From the NCBI GenBank assembly GCA_964230645.1, contig CAXRHT010000002.1, positions 864,395 through 928,394 of the forward strand: 64,000 bases of DNA, given 5' to 3'. The notes below the pieces were generated by a model, which was not told the origin of the DNA, searched no databases, and saw only the letters and a list, made by a program, of their open reading frames with translations. The position numbers and the translations under genes are program-made. Shown one piece after another: positions 18,064 to 28,281 of this stretch (positions are counted from its first letter, which is position 1; each line of letters starts with the position of its first letter). The stretch comes from Bdellovibrionales bacterium. GTDB taxonomy: Bacteria > Bdellovibrionota > Bdellovibrionia > Bdellovibrionales > JAGQZY01.

Positions 18064-19413
18064 TTACTGAGCGGGAATCACAAGGATTTTGCCAATATTT
18101 AAAAGACTGCGACGACCGAGTTTATTGCGTTGTTTTATTTTTGAAAGACTCACGCCAAAGCGTTTGGCGATCGTATAAAGGTTATCGCCTTTTCTTACTT
18201 TATAAGAGCGCTCCCCTTTTTCTAAAGTCACCGCTTTTGATTTTGCGGTTTTGCGCCCTCCGACACTTTTACCTGGAACGATGATTTTTTGCCCCGGGTA
18301 TAGAACCGCCCGTCTGCGGAAATTGTTGGCCTCTCTAATGGCGCGAATACTTGTTCCAAAACGACTGGCAATATGACTTAGAGTGTCTCCCCTACGGATA
18401 CGGTAGTTACGACTCTCCCCACTAGCTACATATATAGTGACGTCCGTTGTGCTGGCAGCTAATGACTTATTGATCTTGTCATCGACAATATAAGAGGGCA
18501 CTCGCAATTTACTGACTTTTTTCATCTTAGGGATAATCCCTCGTTTAAAAGCCGGGTTGAGGTCGTAAAGAGTTTGCTTTTCGATCCCTAAATTCTTAGC
18601 CATAGTTTTAAGGTTCACACCTTTGTTTTTTAAAATAATTTCTTTGTAATCAAGAGGAGCGAGCCAATCCACATTTTCAAATCCATATTTTTGTGGGTGC
18701 TTTGCGATCATTCGTGCCGCAAGAAACTTAGGGACATAGTTGTTGGTTTCTTTAGGAAGATAATTGTTTTCGGCTAACACCCAGAAATCGCGGGTGTAGT
18801 GTTGCATGACAAGCCTTTTGATTCGATTCTCACCCACATTGTAAGAGGCAATGGCTAGGTACCAAGAACCAAATAGGTTATAAAGCCCTTTCAAATAAAG
18901 GGAGGCGGCCTCCGTTGCAGCTTCAAAATCTCTTCTCTCATCGATGTAGTAGTTTTGCTCAAGTCCGTAACGCTTGCCCGTTCCGCGAATAAACTGCCAG
19001 TAACCAGAGGCTCTAGCCCTTGAAAGGGCTCTGGAGCTAAATCCAGATTCAATCAAAGCTATGTAAACCAAATCTTCGGGAAGTCCGTGAGATCTTAAAA
19101 TTTCCTTCATTCTTGGAAGGTAGCGCGAAGAGCGAGAGAGATACTTCATCATATGGGGCTTCCCGCGCCCTTGAAAATACTCAATCCACATAGTGACTTT
19201 TTCATTGAGATCCTCGGGCAAGTATTTCATATCCGATTCACTGTCATTGAGGTCTTGCTGTTTGGGAGCAGGTGTGGCTTTTACATCTTTACTTTCAAGC
19301 TGGGCCATTTCAGGAGAGCCTGGGGCCATGGGCATTAGGATTTCTTCTTTTTTCGATGTGCTCGAGCAGCCTGTGATCAAGATCAACAATCCAACGGAAA
19401 CAAGTGTTCTCAT
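18064..19413 (-). CDS. Membrane-bound lytic murein transglycosylase (MltD-like) with two LysM domains
   Basis: Lipoprotein signal MRTLVSVGLLILITGCSS with GGAGG upstream of ATG 19413. SLT motif ALIESGFS...GYWQF. LysM repeats YRIRRGDTLSHIASRFG and YKVRKGDNLYTIAKRFG. Confidence 0.9.
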   Translation of the reverse strand: MRTLVSVGLLILITGCSSTSKKEEILMPMAPGSPEMAQLESKDVKATPAPKQQDLNDSESDMKYLPEDLNEKVTMWIEYFQGRGKPHMMKYLSRSSRYLPRMKEILRSHGLPEDLVYIALIESGFSSRALSRARASGYWQFIRGTGKRYGLEQNYYIDERRDFEAATEAASLYLKGLYNLFGSWYLAIASYNVGENRIKRLVMQHYTRDFWVLAENNYLPKETNNYVPKFLAARMIAKHPQKYGFENVDWLAPLDYKEIILKNKGVNLKTMAKNLGIEKQTLYDLNPAFKRGIIPKMKKVSKLRVPSYIVDDKINKSLAASTTDVTIYVASGESRNYRIRRGDTLSHIASRFGTSIRAIREANNFRRRAVLYPGQKIIVPGKSVGGRKTAKSKAVTLEKGERSYKVRKGDNLYTIAKRFGVSLSKIKQRNKLGRRSLLNIGKILVIPAQ

Positions 19414-19820
19414 GGCTTCCTCCCAAAATTCTACCTTACCTAAAAATCTTTGACCTATCAATGAATCTACAGAAAGGGCCCAACAGGCAAGCATTTAAAG
19501 CTCAAAAACCGATCTTTGTCCCTGAATGGTCCAAAGCAGCGGGAAAATTTTTGCCCTAATTTTTTCCAAAAAAACTAGCCTTTTATGCTGCTAAACTGAG
19601 CAAGTTATGTTTCTAGGTTCGCCCCTGCCTCTTTTACCCACCCTAAATGTTGCTTTTGCTACCTCCCCAAAGACATTGGACCTCGCCCCCAAGAGCAATG
19701 CTCTATGTCAGACATTATGAAGTTTACTAAACAACCCCTACACATGCCGGGGGGAGGAAGGACCTTCGATATCCTCTATTCTTTGTGAACACTAAAACAA
19801 ACCACCATAAGGGGGAATGA

Positions 19821-20303
19821 ATGAAAGTATTAGCCATCCTAACCACAGTTCTGTTTTCACTCAGTGCTTGGGCCCAAACACCGGTTCAAATTGAAGAGGC
19901 CAACCAAATCACGTGCAAAGGTCAAACCTATGAAGGTGATCGCTACACAGTGAATGTGTATTATACCTTGGACCCGACGTGGACCCAGCAAGACACCCCT
20001 TTCACAATTGTGTCCGGAAAAAGAGCTTTCGTTTCTGTAAACGTAGAGCGTGATAATCAGGTTGTTTATGCTGATGCTCTATACACAAACGACCTTATGA
20101 TGAAACAAACCGAAGACTCGCGTAGCTTTGAATTTAAAAACATCGAAGTTCAAAGAACCACAAATGACGATGGCGAACTGATTTTTGAAGATGTAACCAC
20201 TGACTTTATTAATATCTCAATGGTGGCCGAGCAGCCTTCAGAATTTGATTTTGAACTAAAGACAGCCTACGGAGACTTCGAAAACGGTCAATGTTCCATG
20301 TAA
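19821..20303 (+). CDS. Hypothetical secreted protein
   Basis: Signal peptide MKVLAILTTVLFSLSAWA/QT. No family recognised. Confidence 0.5.
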   Translation: MKVLAILTTVLFSLSAWAQTPVQIEEANQITCKGQTYEGDRYTVNVYYTLDPTWTQQDTPFTIVSGKRAFVSVNVERDNQVVYADALYTNDLMMKQTEDSRSFEFKNIEVQRTTNDDGELIFEDVTTDFINISMVAEQPSEFDFELKTAYGDFENGQCSM

Positions 20304-20333
20304 TTCACCTCAAGTGAATTTGTGATTTTTCTA

Positions 20334-20366
20334 AAAAGCGAAACCTCATTGGTTTCGCTTTTTTTA
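20334..20366. terminator. Bidirectional intrinsic terminator between convergent genes
   Basis: AAAAAGCGAAACC-tcat-TGGTTTCGCTTTTT: a GC-containing stem flanked by A- and T-runs. Confidence 0.7.
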
Positions 20367-21737
20367 TTGTTTTTTTAGCCAGCGACCAAAGCTCCACATA
20401 ACAAAAGCATGGATTTTCGCCTGAGTTAGACGATAGATTAGCCAAGGAAGACTCGGACGAAAATTATGAATGGCCGCGATCACAAAGTCATCTTTGGGTC
20501 CCCGCCTAAACTCCAAGCGAGCGGCTGGATAGTCATTTGATAAACTTCCACCTCGAATATAGAAAAGGTCACGCCCTTCAAAAGTTCTTTCGTTAGAAAA
20601 CTCGAGAATTAACAAAGGTCTTTTAAATCCCAGTATTTTGAATTCGAGACAGTCTCCGTCTTTCACAATGTTGAGGAAAGGAAAAAGGAACTTTGGTAAC
20701 CACCTCATATAACTCTTGGCCACATCTTTTGAGCTCCAGTCCCTGGGACAGGGCAGTCTTTGCACCGACTGTACTAGCGAGGCTGAGGTCTCCTCATCTT
20801 TTTTCTGCCGCTTACCGGGAAGCTCTGGAAAGGAATCGGTATTAACACTTCGATCCAATGCCTCATCAACAGAGGTAAATTCAACCGATAAGTCTTCGGG
20901 TAGTTTTTTCTGAGGATCAACCACCATCGAGTGGATAAGAGAATCGACCAGCGGATAAATGAGTCGTGCCGAGAGGCCAGTGATTAAGCAAACCCATAGC
21001 TTTGACAATGCCGGACTCACGAGAGGCACTTCCACAAACCAATTTTTAGTACCCTTTATTTGGGAAACTTTCTGTAGAATATATTTGTAATCTATCTTTT
21101 GAGGAGCGCCAGTATCAAAAGCGCCTTCCTTATCTTTACTTAAACACTTCTCGACAATTTTCACCAAGTCTTTGACGTAAACGATTTGCAAATTGTTTTT
21201 AGTCCATTGCGGAAGCCCCATCAGTCGAAGCCTCTCAACCAAACGCTCCACAATTTGAAAAGAAGACCCCTTTTTCCCTACCACCAAACCACAACGAAGA
21301 GTGATAACTTTGACAGAATTTTGATTGAGAGTTTCTTCCACTTCAAGGCGGCTCGCTAAATGAGCGGAAAGTTCGTCTTTATCAGGAATGATTCCGCTGA
21401 CGTAGACAATTTTTTTAACGCCTTTTTTCTCTGCCGCCTTTACAAAATTGTCAGCCAAAATGAAATCGAAATCTTGAAACTCCCCTTGCGCCAAACGCGA
21501 GGAGGGAAGCATCGAATGAACCAAATAAACAGCCATGTCACAATTCTCAAGTGCTTTTTCACAATCTAGAAGGGAGTAAAGATCAGCCTGCACAAATTCT
21601 ATATCTTGGTTTTCACTCTCAATGGGTGAGCGACTTAAAGCTCTTAAACGAAATTCAGAACTTCTCAAAAGTTGATCGATTAAAAAATGTCCAATAAACC
21701 CCGTTGCTCCGGCAATGGCCACTCGTTTTTTTTCCAT
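20364..21737 (-). CDS. NAD(P)-binding SDR/epimerase-like protein with C-terminal DUF2867-like domain
   Basis: Rossmann motif VAIAGATGFIGHFL. The C-terminal assignment is from memory of common SDR-DUF2867 fusions. Confidence 0.7.
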   Translation of the reverse strand: MEKKRVAIAGATGFIGHFLIDQLLRSSEFRLRALSRSPIESENQDIEFVQADLYSLLDCEKALENCDMAVYLVHSMLPSSRLAQGEFQDFDFILADNFVKAAEKKGVKKIVYVSGIIPDKDELSAHLASRLEVEETLNQNSVKVITLRCGLVVGKKGSSFQIVERLVERLRLMGLPQWTKNNLQIVYVKDLVKIVEKCLSKDKEGAFDTGAPQKIDYKYILQKVSQIKGTKNWFVEVPLVSPALSKLWVCLITGLSARLIYPLVDSLIHSMVVDPQKKLPEDLSVEFTSVDEALDRSVNTDSFPELPGKRQKKDEETSASLVQSVQRLPCPRDWSSKDVAKSYMRWLPKFLFPFLNIVKDGDCLEFKILGFKRPLLILEFSNERTFEGRDLFYIRGGSLSNDYPAARLEFRRGPKDDFVIAAIHNFRPSLPWLIYRLTQAKIHAFVMWSFGRWLKKQ

Positions 21738-21746
21738 ACAAATCCT

Positions 21747-22151
21747 TTAACTTCCGACTATATAGAGTATGACAGGTGCCACACCATCGCCAATAAACCC
21801 CAAACGACGGGCGGCCTCTTTTGATAAATCAATAATTCGCCCACCACTATAAGGTCCTCTGTCTGTAATCTTCACCACCACCGAGCGTCCATTTTTCTGG
21901 TTCACCACTTTCACTCGAGTTCCAAAGCTAAGATCAGGGTGAGCTGCTGTCATGGCATTCATATTGTACTTGGCACCATTGGCCATTTTTTTACCGTGAA
22001 AGTTTCTGCCGTACCATGAGGCCAAACCTTTTTCGTAAGCGCCTTTAGGAAGGGAGGCACAGGAGGTCAAAACGAAAATAAGGATCAAAAAGCGGCCAAT
22101 ACTTTTAAAAAGAGAGCTTTGATTTTGACACTTCAGAAAAATTTTCTCCAT
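21747..22151 (-). CDS. rlpA: Septal ring lytic transglycosylase RlpA family (DPBB domain) lipoprotein
   Basis: Lipobox LTSC. ASWYGRNFHGKKMANGAKYNMNAMTAAHPDLSFGTRVKVVN...VVVKITDRGPY. Confidence 0.9.
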   Translation of the reverse strand: MEKIFLKCQNQSSLFKSIGRFLILIFVLTSCASLPKGAYEKGLASWYGRNFHGKKMANGAKYNMNAMTAAHPDLSFGTRVKVVNQKNGRSVVVKITDRGPYSGGRIIDLSKEAARRLGFIGDGVAPVILYIVGS

Positions 22152-22232
22152 AGGTTCTGGTTATAGACAAGGGGGGCAAAATTGACAAAGTACCGGGCAT
22201 TAAATGCATAAATTTACACATTTTAAGACTCC

Positions 22233-23339
22233 TTAAAGAGTTATAAAGAGTCGTAATGTCGAGAGCGTTCCATCGTCGACGCCCAAAACGGGATTGAGAA
22301 TCACCTGATGACTAAGCTGAAATTTCAACCATGAGTTGTAAACATGGTCAGCGGTGACTTCATAGACCTCTTCAGGAGTCTCCACACCTCCAGCAAAAGC
22401 TGAGGAGTAACCCCATCCAAAATCCGTTCCCTCAAAAAGTTCGCTGTATTTAAATCCCAGCACTCGGTTTTCAAAGAGAATCAAAGGGCGCTCGGTGGCT
22501 TTACCGTAGCGGAGAAAAGGTTGTAAGTGGTTGCCCCACTGGGTATTGGCTTGAAAATAGAGGCCGGCTTGGGAAAAATGGCTTTGTAAGACACCTTGCT
22601 GTATCTCCATATTCCAAGTTCCAATAGCGACTGCGGAATTCGGGTGATTTGCTGGCTCCCACCCGGCTTCAAAAACGGCCATATGATTTTCACTATTGAG
22701 CCGAATATGACTCTTCATTTGCTTGGGATAAAAATGCTCTTGTGAGAGGGGATCAGTCACCGCACCTCTTAGATAAATACTATCCCAGAATTTATGACTG
22801 TCGAAATAAAGACCAAAAGAGGGAAAGGGATAAATAGATGGCCCACGGTAGCCCGTAGCGCCCCACTCCGCTGTGGTACCAAAAGAGGAATTAATAAACA
22901 TCAAGGCTGGCTCTGAGACATTGATCTTAAGGGACAAGTCCCTCCATCCAAGACTGACTTCCCACTCTCCAAAAAAACGACCATAAAGAAGTTCGTAGAT
23001 TCTGATCGCCTCAACACCTTCAGTATCAATATTTGAAACGATTTGCAGATCGCCAAGATCTCTTGTTGGGGAGTGCCCCCCATGATTTCCCATTATTGAA
23101 GCTCTAAAAAACTGCCTGGAGGTAACTTTTTGGACATTAAAAAGGGCACTACCTATAGTGAGAAGCTCTTCTTGTTCAGAACCCACAGTGAGGTAGTGTT
23201 GATCTAAGATATAACTAAAAGAAGCTTCCCATTGAAGACTGTTTTCCCCGTGTGCCGATACAGGTAAAAACCATCCGACTAAGATAATCAGAAAAAAAAC
23301 ACGTTGAAATTTACTTCTCTTTAAATAATCGACGAACAC
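22233..23339 (-). CDS. Outer-membrane porin, possibly OprB-type carbohydrate porin
   Basis: Signal sequence. GDLQIVSNIDTEGVEAIRIYELLYGRFF...LSLKI resembles the OprB-family pattern (from memory). Strand-like periodicity runs throughout. Confidence 0.5.
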   Translation of the reverse strand: MFVDYLKRSKFQRVFFLIILVGWFLPVSAHGENSLQWEASFSYILDQHYLTVGSEQEELLTIGSALFNVQKVTSRQFFRASIMGNHGGHSPTRDLGDLQIVSNIDTEGVEAIRIYELLYGRFFGEWEVSLGWRDLSLKINVSEPALMFINSSFGTTAEWGATGYRGPSIYPFPSFGLYFDSHKFWDSIYLRGAVTDPLSQEHFYPKQMKSHIRLNSENHMAVFEAGWEPANHPNSAVAIGTWNMEIQQGVLQSHFSQAGLYFQANTQWGNHLQPFLRYGKATERPLILFENRVLGFKYSELFEGTDFGWGYSSAFAGGVETPEEVYEVTADHVYNSWLKFQLSHQVILNPVLGVDDGTLSTLRLFITL

Positions 23340-23398
23340 CTGTTCAGGTTATCATTGAAAGCCAATTGATAAAGTCTGTGTGCAAAAAGAATATCTGC

Positions 23399-25693
23399 CT
23401 AAAGTGTGGCCTCTTTCCATGGCGGATCACTGAGATTATTCGTCTTTTCGTGAATGATCTTATAGAGCAAGTAGTTTCTCATAACCGCTTTCACATAAAA
23501 ACTCGTTTCAGCCCATGGTAGCTCGTCCATCCAAATATCATCTTCAGGACTGGCTCCAATCTTTTTCCACTCCTCGTCCAAGGCGTCACGGTGATCGAGC
23601 CATCGATCCAAATTGCCAGGCCCCACGTTGTAGGAGGCCACCGCAAGAGGAACGATTTTATTATATTTGCCAACCATTCTGGATATAAAATGGGTCCCAA
23701 AGCGAATATTCACCTCGGGCTTAAAAATATCAGGGACAGTACGAAATCTTTTAACCCGCAACCACTTGGCTGTTTCTTTTGCTGTGGGAGAAAGAAGCTG
23801 CATCAGACCGTAAGCTTTTGAAGGGCTAATGGCTCGCCTCATGAAAGCACTTTCTTGCCTCATAATTGCCCACACTAGATTTCGTGAAATATTAAATTCT
23901 TTTTCAGCCGCCTTAACCTCTTTTTCATAATGAGTGGGAAAGGATTCTTTTAAAAAATCCCGGCTGATAAAATCCAGATTAATATCGATGGCTGAGGCGT
24001 AGTCCCCTATGGCTCGGTTTTCTCTCAAGGCGGCTCTCCACAGCTTGGCCCTTACTAAAAAACCACCGGCAGTTTGAGGGTCAGGCAGGAAATCAATCTC
24101 GGTTTCGGCTTCGTCCACCCAACCATAGGAGAGGAGATTTTCAATACGCTTCCAGCGTTCTTTATTGTTCTCTGGCCACCAGTACTGAGTTTGAAATTCC
24201 TCTTTGGAATCAGAAAGAAGATTTTGCAAACCTTTTTTCTCTTCCATACGAACAATTAGCCCGTAGTAGGTTAACGGAAATGTTTTGAAAATAGATTCGG
24301 CAATGTTACTTGATCGATCAGAGCCAATCTTTTTTAAAGAGCGCCAAAGCCAGTAGCGCACTTGCAATTCATATTTGTCAGAACCTTCATGCAAAAGGAA
24401 GCGGTCATACACATTGACGACCGATTTGTATTCCTTCTCCCTAAAATAAAGGAGACCTAAGAAGTACTGAGCCTCGTAACTGGCCTCAGTCCCCGAATAC
24501 TTCTCTTTGAGCTTTTTAAAATAGGACTTTGCCTCAGAAATTTTTCCCAAATAGTAGGCCGAGCGTCCGGCCATCATCATGGCATCTGCCGCCAAAGGAG
24601 AATCCTCCCACTTTTCAGCGGCCGCATCAGCCAAATTGTAGCTTGATTCCTGGTAGCCACGCTCATAAGCATCCGTAGCCCAATGAAAAATAGCAGAGGC
24701 AGGAGCTTCTTTTAATTTGCTTTCAAAGTCTCTTTTTGCCGAACGATATTTAGCGCCTCGGCGGTAAAGAAGTCTCTTATAAAAGCGACTGACCTTGGCT
24801 AAAACTTTCTTAACCCTCTCTGACCCAGGGTATTCGTTTAAAAACTCAACTCCATAGCGAGCCACATTGTAGGATTGTCCTTTTTTCGCCGCACCGGAAA
24901 ACTGTCTCCAGAGTTTTTTCTCTCCGGCCGTCTGATTAAGATCAAGTGAGTATTTGTCGGTCTTTAGAACACCACTCGCCTTTAAGGATTTCAGCCTTGC
25001 AAGAACTGAGCTCTTCTCTTTAAACCGGTAACTTCGAATAAAATTAGCAATGGCTATCTCATTTTTTTTGTTGAGCCAGGCGTACTCCCCCATAATTTCA
25101 TAATAAAAAGCGCGCTGCTTTTCATCCATATAATCGAGAAGATCGTTGTGTTGATCAATAAATGAGCCTAACTCACTTCGCGCTTTATTCAGAGCCGTTT
25201 GCGCTAAGTCTAAAAATAAATCTAAAAACCTTTTTCGATGATCCGGATAAGGGGAATTGAGAAGGGAAACCTTATTTTTTGCTAAAACTTTAAAGGATTT
25301 TAAAAATCGGCTCGCCTTCCACGAAGAGCGCCTTTTATGCAAAGAGTTCAAACAACTCAAATGAGTCTCAGAAATCCAAACTCCAAGTCTTTTATTATCA
25401 GAATTCTTCTCTGCCAACTCCACACAGTTTTCAAACTGACTTTTTAACTGATACCACTTTAACTTTGAAAGCTCCCTTATTTTTTTTGCATTCTTATGTT
25501 CGTGCAAATCTATGGCTTTTTTGAAATCTTTTTTATAGGAAAACTCTTTGGTGTCTAAACCTAAGGCCTTAGGACTTGAGAGGCTAAAAAACAAAACTCC
25601 AAAAAGAATTGGTAACATCAAATACCAAATTCGGTTTCGGTTAAGTCTCCTGGTCTTTTTTCTTACGTCGTTTTTTACTATCAAAATCTTCAT
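23399..25693 (-). CDS. Soluble lytic murein transglycosylase (Slt70-like) with long helical-repeat N-domain
   Basis: C-terminal SLT motifs AIMRQESAF, AYGLMQL, ASYNVGPGN. TPR-like repeats lie upstream. ATG 25618 (MLPILFGVLFFSLSS) is an alternative start that would remove the overlap with batD. Confidence 0.85.
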   Translation of the reverse strand: MKILIVKNDVRKKTRRLNRNRIWYLMLPILFGVLFFSLSSPKALGLDTKEFSYKKDFKKAIDLHEHKNAKKIRELSKLKWYQLKSQFENCVELAEKNSDNKRLGVWISETHLSCLNSLHKRRSSWKASRFLKSFKVLAKNKVSLLNSPYPDHRKRFLDLFLDLAQTALNKARSELGSFIDQHNDLLDYMDEKQRAFYYEIMGEYAWLNKKNEIAIANFIRSYRFKEKSSVLARLKSLKASGVLKTDKYSLDLNQTAGEKKLWRQFSGAAKKGQSYNVARYGVEFLNEYPGSERVKKVLAKVSRFYKRLLYRRGAKYRSAKRDFESKLKEAPASAIFHWATDAYERGYQESSYNLADAAAEKWEDSPLAADAMMMAGRSAYYLGKISEAKSYFKKLKEKYSGTEASYEAQYFLGLLYFREKEYKSVVNVYDRFLLHEGSDKYELQVRYWLWRSLKKIGSDRSSNIAESIFKTFPLTYYGLIVRMEEKKGLQNLLSDSKEEFQTQYWWPENNKERWKRIENLLSYGWVDEAETEIDFLPDPQTAGGFLVRAKLWRAALRENRAIGDYASAIDINLDFISRDFLKESFPTHYEKEVKAAEKEFNISRNLVWAIMRQESAFMRRAISPSKAYGLMQLLSPTAKETAKWLRVKRFRTVPDIFKPEVNIRFGTHFISRMVGKYNKIVPLAVASYNVGPGNLDRWLDHRDALDEEWKKIGASPEDDIWMDELPWAETSFYVKAVMRNYLLYKIIHEKTNNLSDPPWKEATL

Positions 25694-27602
25694 TCCCTTT
25701 ACTTAATTGACAAGCCTTTAGAAGCAAGGATTTTAATTCTTTCACCCTAGCTTCAAGCCCCTTAGTATCTTTAAAGTCTTTCAGGTAGGAGGTGGGTCCA
25801 AATCCAAGCACGCCAAAGAATTCCATTAGTTTTTTAAGAGGCTCTTCAATTTCTCGGCGCACACTCGGATCCGTCTTAGTCAGAACTTTTTCGAGCTGTT
25901 CGTTTGAGCCCCCCTCACCAGTAAGATCACCAAGAACTCTGTAAACTGTGTTGGTCGCTTCAATACCCACGGCCCGAATCTTGTTTTTACTCAAATGCTT
26001 ATCGATTTTAGAAAAACGGGCGGCAATCACTTCTTCTGTGGTCGGATTTTTAATCAACCACCCAGCATCTTTAATAAGCTTTCCTAACGCCAAAAGAAGA
26101 GCGAGAGCATATAGAATAAACCAGTAGTGATACTTGCTTGAACGAGCTACAAAATCAGGGTTCCACTCATTAACAAGACCGGGCAAAATAATTTCTTTTT
26201 CATTAGCCTTGAGCCGCTCTTCCCCAATGGACTGCTGTTTTGAGCCAGGGAGAACTTGCAGCTCTATGGGATCTGACTCCATCAAAACATACTCCCTTTT
26301 TTTAGGATCAAAATAACTGGATTTTAAACCCTCAATTTTCAAAGGGCCTGGTTTATTGGGAATCAAAAGAACTTCAAACTCCTTAAAGCTCTGACCGTTC
26401 TTAAAAAATTGTGACTCATTCTTAATGTCGTATATTTCTAGATTATCACTTAAAGGGAGTTCTGGAAGCTCAATCAGCTTCGCGTTGCCTCGCCCTTCAA
26501 AACGCACTCTTAATGGAAAAGGCTGATGGGTAATGATCGACTGGCTTGGAGCATCGACCGTCATCTGAAACTCTCCCACCGCTCCGGCAAAATTTCCTGG
26601 TTTACCTTCTTCAGGAAGAGGTTTTACAAGGATGGGTATATTATCGCTGGACTTTGTCGCCTGGTGACCTCGCCCAAAACCAAAACCACCAACGATAGTG
26701 GCTTTAGCTTTATAGGGATCAATTTTCCTTTTCCCCTCTTCGATTGGAAAAAGAGCGTAGGAAGCTAAAAGGGCGCGGCTGTAGGGAACGCCATTGATAA
26801 CATCCTGCTCGAAGTTGAGATGAGTGGCGATTTGAATGTCTTCCTTCCAAAATCCTTTTAGCGTTGGATATTTTAAGGTGTCGATGTCACGCACTCGGCC
26901 TCTTGTGTAGAGATACCAGGAGGCTAAAATTTGCTCGCCTTTATAGGCCTCTGTTTTATCGACTTCCGCGATGATAAAAAAGGCGTCTTTTCCCGTAGGG
27001 GGTTCGGTTTGAAAACCTCCACCAGGAACTCCGCCGAACTGACGGCGTAAAAGTTGATTGAACATCTCTTCGGCTTCTGCGAAGGGATCATCTGGTTCTG
27101 TAGGAAAGGGATTAGCCCCTCCTTGCCCAGGAACCTGGCGTCTTCTCTGCGGCCGTTGTGCCTGAGGGCGCCCTTGGCCCGCTGCTAACACTGCAATTTG
27201 AATGGGTTTTGTCTGATAGGTTTTACCACCCACTTCTACACGAATGGGATCAATATTCACCGTCCCCTCTTCCATGGGGGTGTATTGATAGCTATAAATT
27301 TTTGAGTTCACTGTTTTAAAATCAATCCCCTGGCCTGTGCTAACAACGGTGGAGCGTGATTGACTGCTCGTCCAGGAATGAAGCAATTGAACATTTTCAA
27401 TGGTGGGAAGACTCGGTGGAGTGACAGGAGCACTTTTCTCGGAATCAACGCTCACTTTTAAGGTGAAATTACCACCCACCGGAACTTGATTTCGATCCAC
27501 AGTCGCCTGAACTGAAACTTGGGCCTGAGCATTTGAAACAAAACCCATCAGCAGAAAGGAAAGTATGAGAACGGAGGGGCACCAGTTACCAATCCTTTTC
27601 AC
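25641..27602 (-). CDS. batD: BatD-like oxygen-tolerance protein
   Basis: Signal peptide, two repeated beta-rich regions, one late TM and a basic tail. It sits downstream of batA-C. Confidence 0.75.
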   Translation of the reverse strand: MKRIGNWCPSVLILSFLLMGFVSNAQAQVSVQATVDRNQVPVGGNFTLKVSVDSEKSAPVTPPSLPTIENVQLLHSWTSSQSRSTVVSTGQGIDFKTVNSKIYSYQYTPMEEGTVNIDPIRVEVGGKTYQTKPIQIAVLAAGQGRPQAQRPQRRRQVPGQGGANPFPTEPDDPFAEAEEMFNQLLRRQFGGVPGGGFQTEPPTGKDAFFIIAEVDKTEAYKGEQILASWYLYTRGRVRDIDTLKYPTLKGFWKEDIQIATHLNFEQDVINGVPYSRALLASYALFPIEEGKRKIDPYKAKATIVGGFGFGRGHQATKSSDNIPILVKPLPEEGKPGNFAGAVGEFQMTVDAPSQSIITHQPFPLRVRFEGRGNAKLIELPELPLSDNLEIYDIKNESQFFKNGQSFKEFEVLLIPNKPGPLKIEGLKSSYFDPKKREYVLMESDPIELQVLPGSKQQSIGEERLKANEKEIILPGLVNEWNPDFVARSSKYHYWFILYALALLLALGKLIKDAGWLIKNPTTEEVIAARFSKIDKHLSKNKIRAVGIEATNTVYRVLGDLTGEGGSNEQLEKVLTKTDPSVRREIEEPLKKLMEFFGVLGFGPTSYLKDFKDTKGLEARVKELKSLLLKACQLSKGNEDFDSKKRRKKKDQET

Positions 27603-28281
27603 GATCAGCCTCCCTTTTTCCCTTTCTTTCGTGTTTTGCTCGGATTTTCTGTTCTTGTTTTTTCAACTCTTCAAGAATCTTTTTAACATCCCCTTTGGAC
27701 ATTTCTTTACTTTTAAACTGATTGGGTTGAGGTTTATTGGTGAACTTCTGAGGTTCTTTGGGCTGATCTTCGCCCTCACCCTCTTTTGACTGCTCTTTCT
27801 TATCCCCTTTACCTTTACCCTTACCGCTTTGAAAGAGAAGCTCGATATTTGTTTTCACCTCTTTTGAATCAGGGCGCACGTTAAGAGCCAGTTGATAATA
27901 CTCCAAAGCCTTATCAATACCGTCACTGAATTCCTTAAGGGAGTAAAGAACACCCAAGTTAAAATAGGTGGCAAACTCGATTTCAGGGGGCAGAGGTTTT
28001 TGCTTAAGAATCTCCTCATACATTTGCACGGCTTTTTTCTTCTCTTCAGTGGCAATAAATGAAAACCCCATATTGTATTGAAAAATGGGATTAAAAGGGT
28101 CTTCGGTTAAGAGCTGAGTGAGCTCCTCTTGAGCTTCCAATGATTTTTTATCCTCAAGGTAGTTGACCGCTTGGTTATTATTCCAGATATCAAAAACATC
28201 CATGGAGGCTAGCCCCTGAGAGCTTGCAAACAAGACAGGCATAATCAGTAAGCCAAATTTTCCATACGAAGTGTTAGCCAT
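27586..28281 (-). CDS. batC: BatC-like TPR protein with K/E-rich tail
   Basis: TPR-like helices (FNLGVLYSLKEFSDGIDKALEYYQLAL). Operon position is between batB and batD. Confidence 0.65.
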   Translation of the reverse strand: MANTSYGKFGLLIMPVLFASSQGLASMDVFDIWNNNQAVNYLEDKKSLEAQEELTQLLTEDPFNPIFQYNMGFSFIATEEKKKAVQMYEEILKQKPLPPEIEFATYFNLGVLYSLKEFSDGIDKALEYYQLALNVRPDSKEVKTNIELLFQSGKGKGKGDKKEQSKEGEGEDQPKEPQKFTNKPQPNQFKSKEMSKGDVKKILEELKKQEQKIRAKHERKGKREADREKDW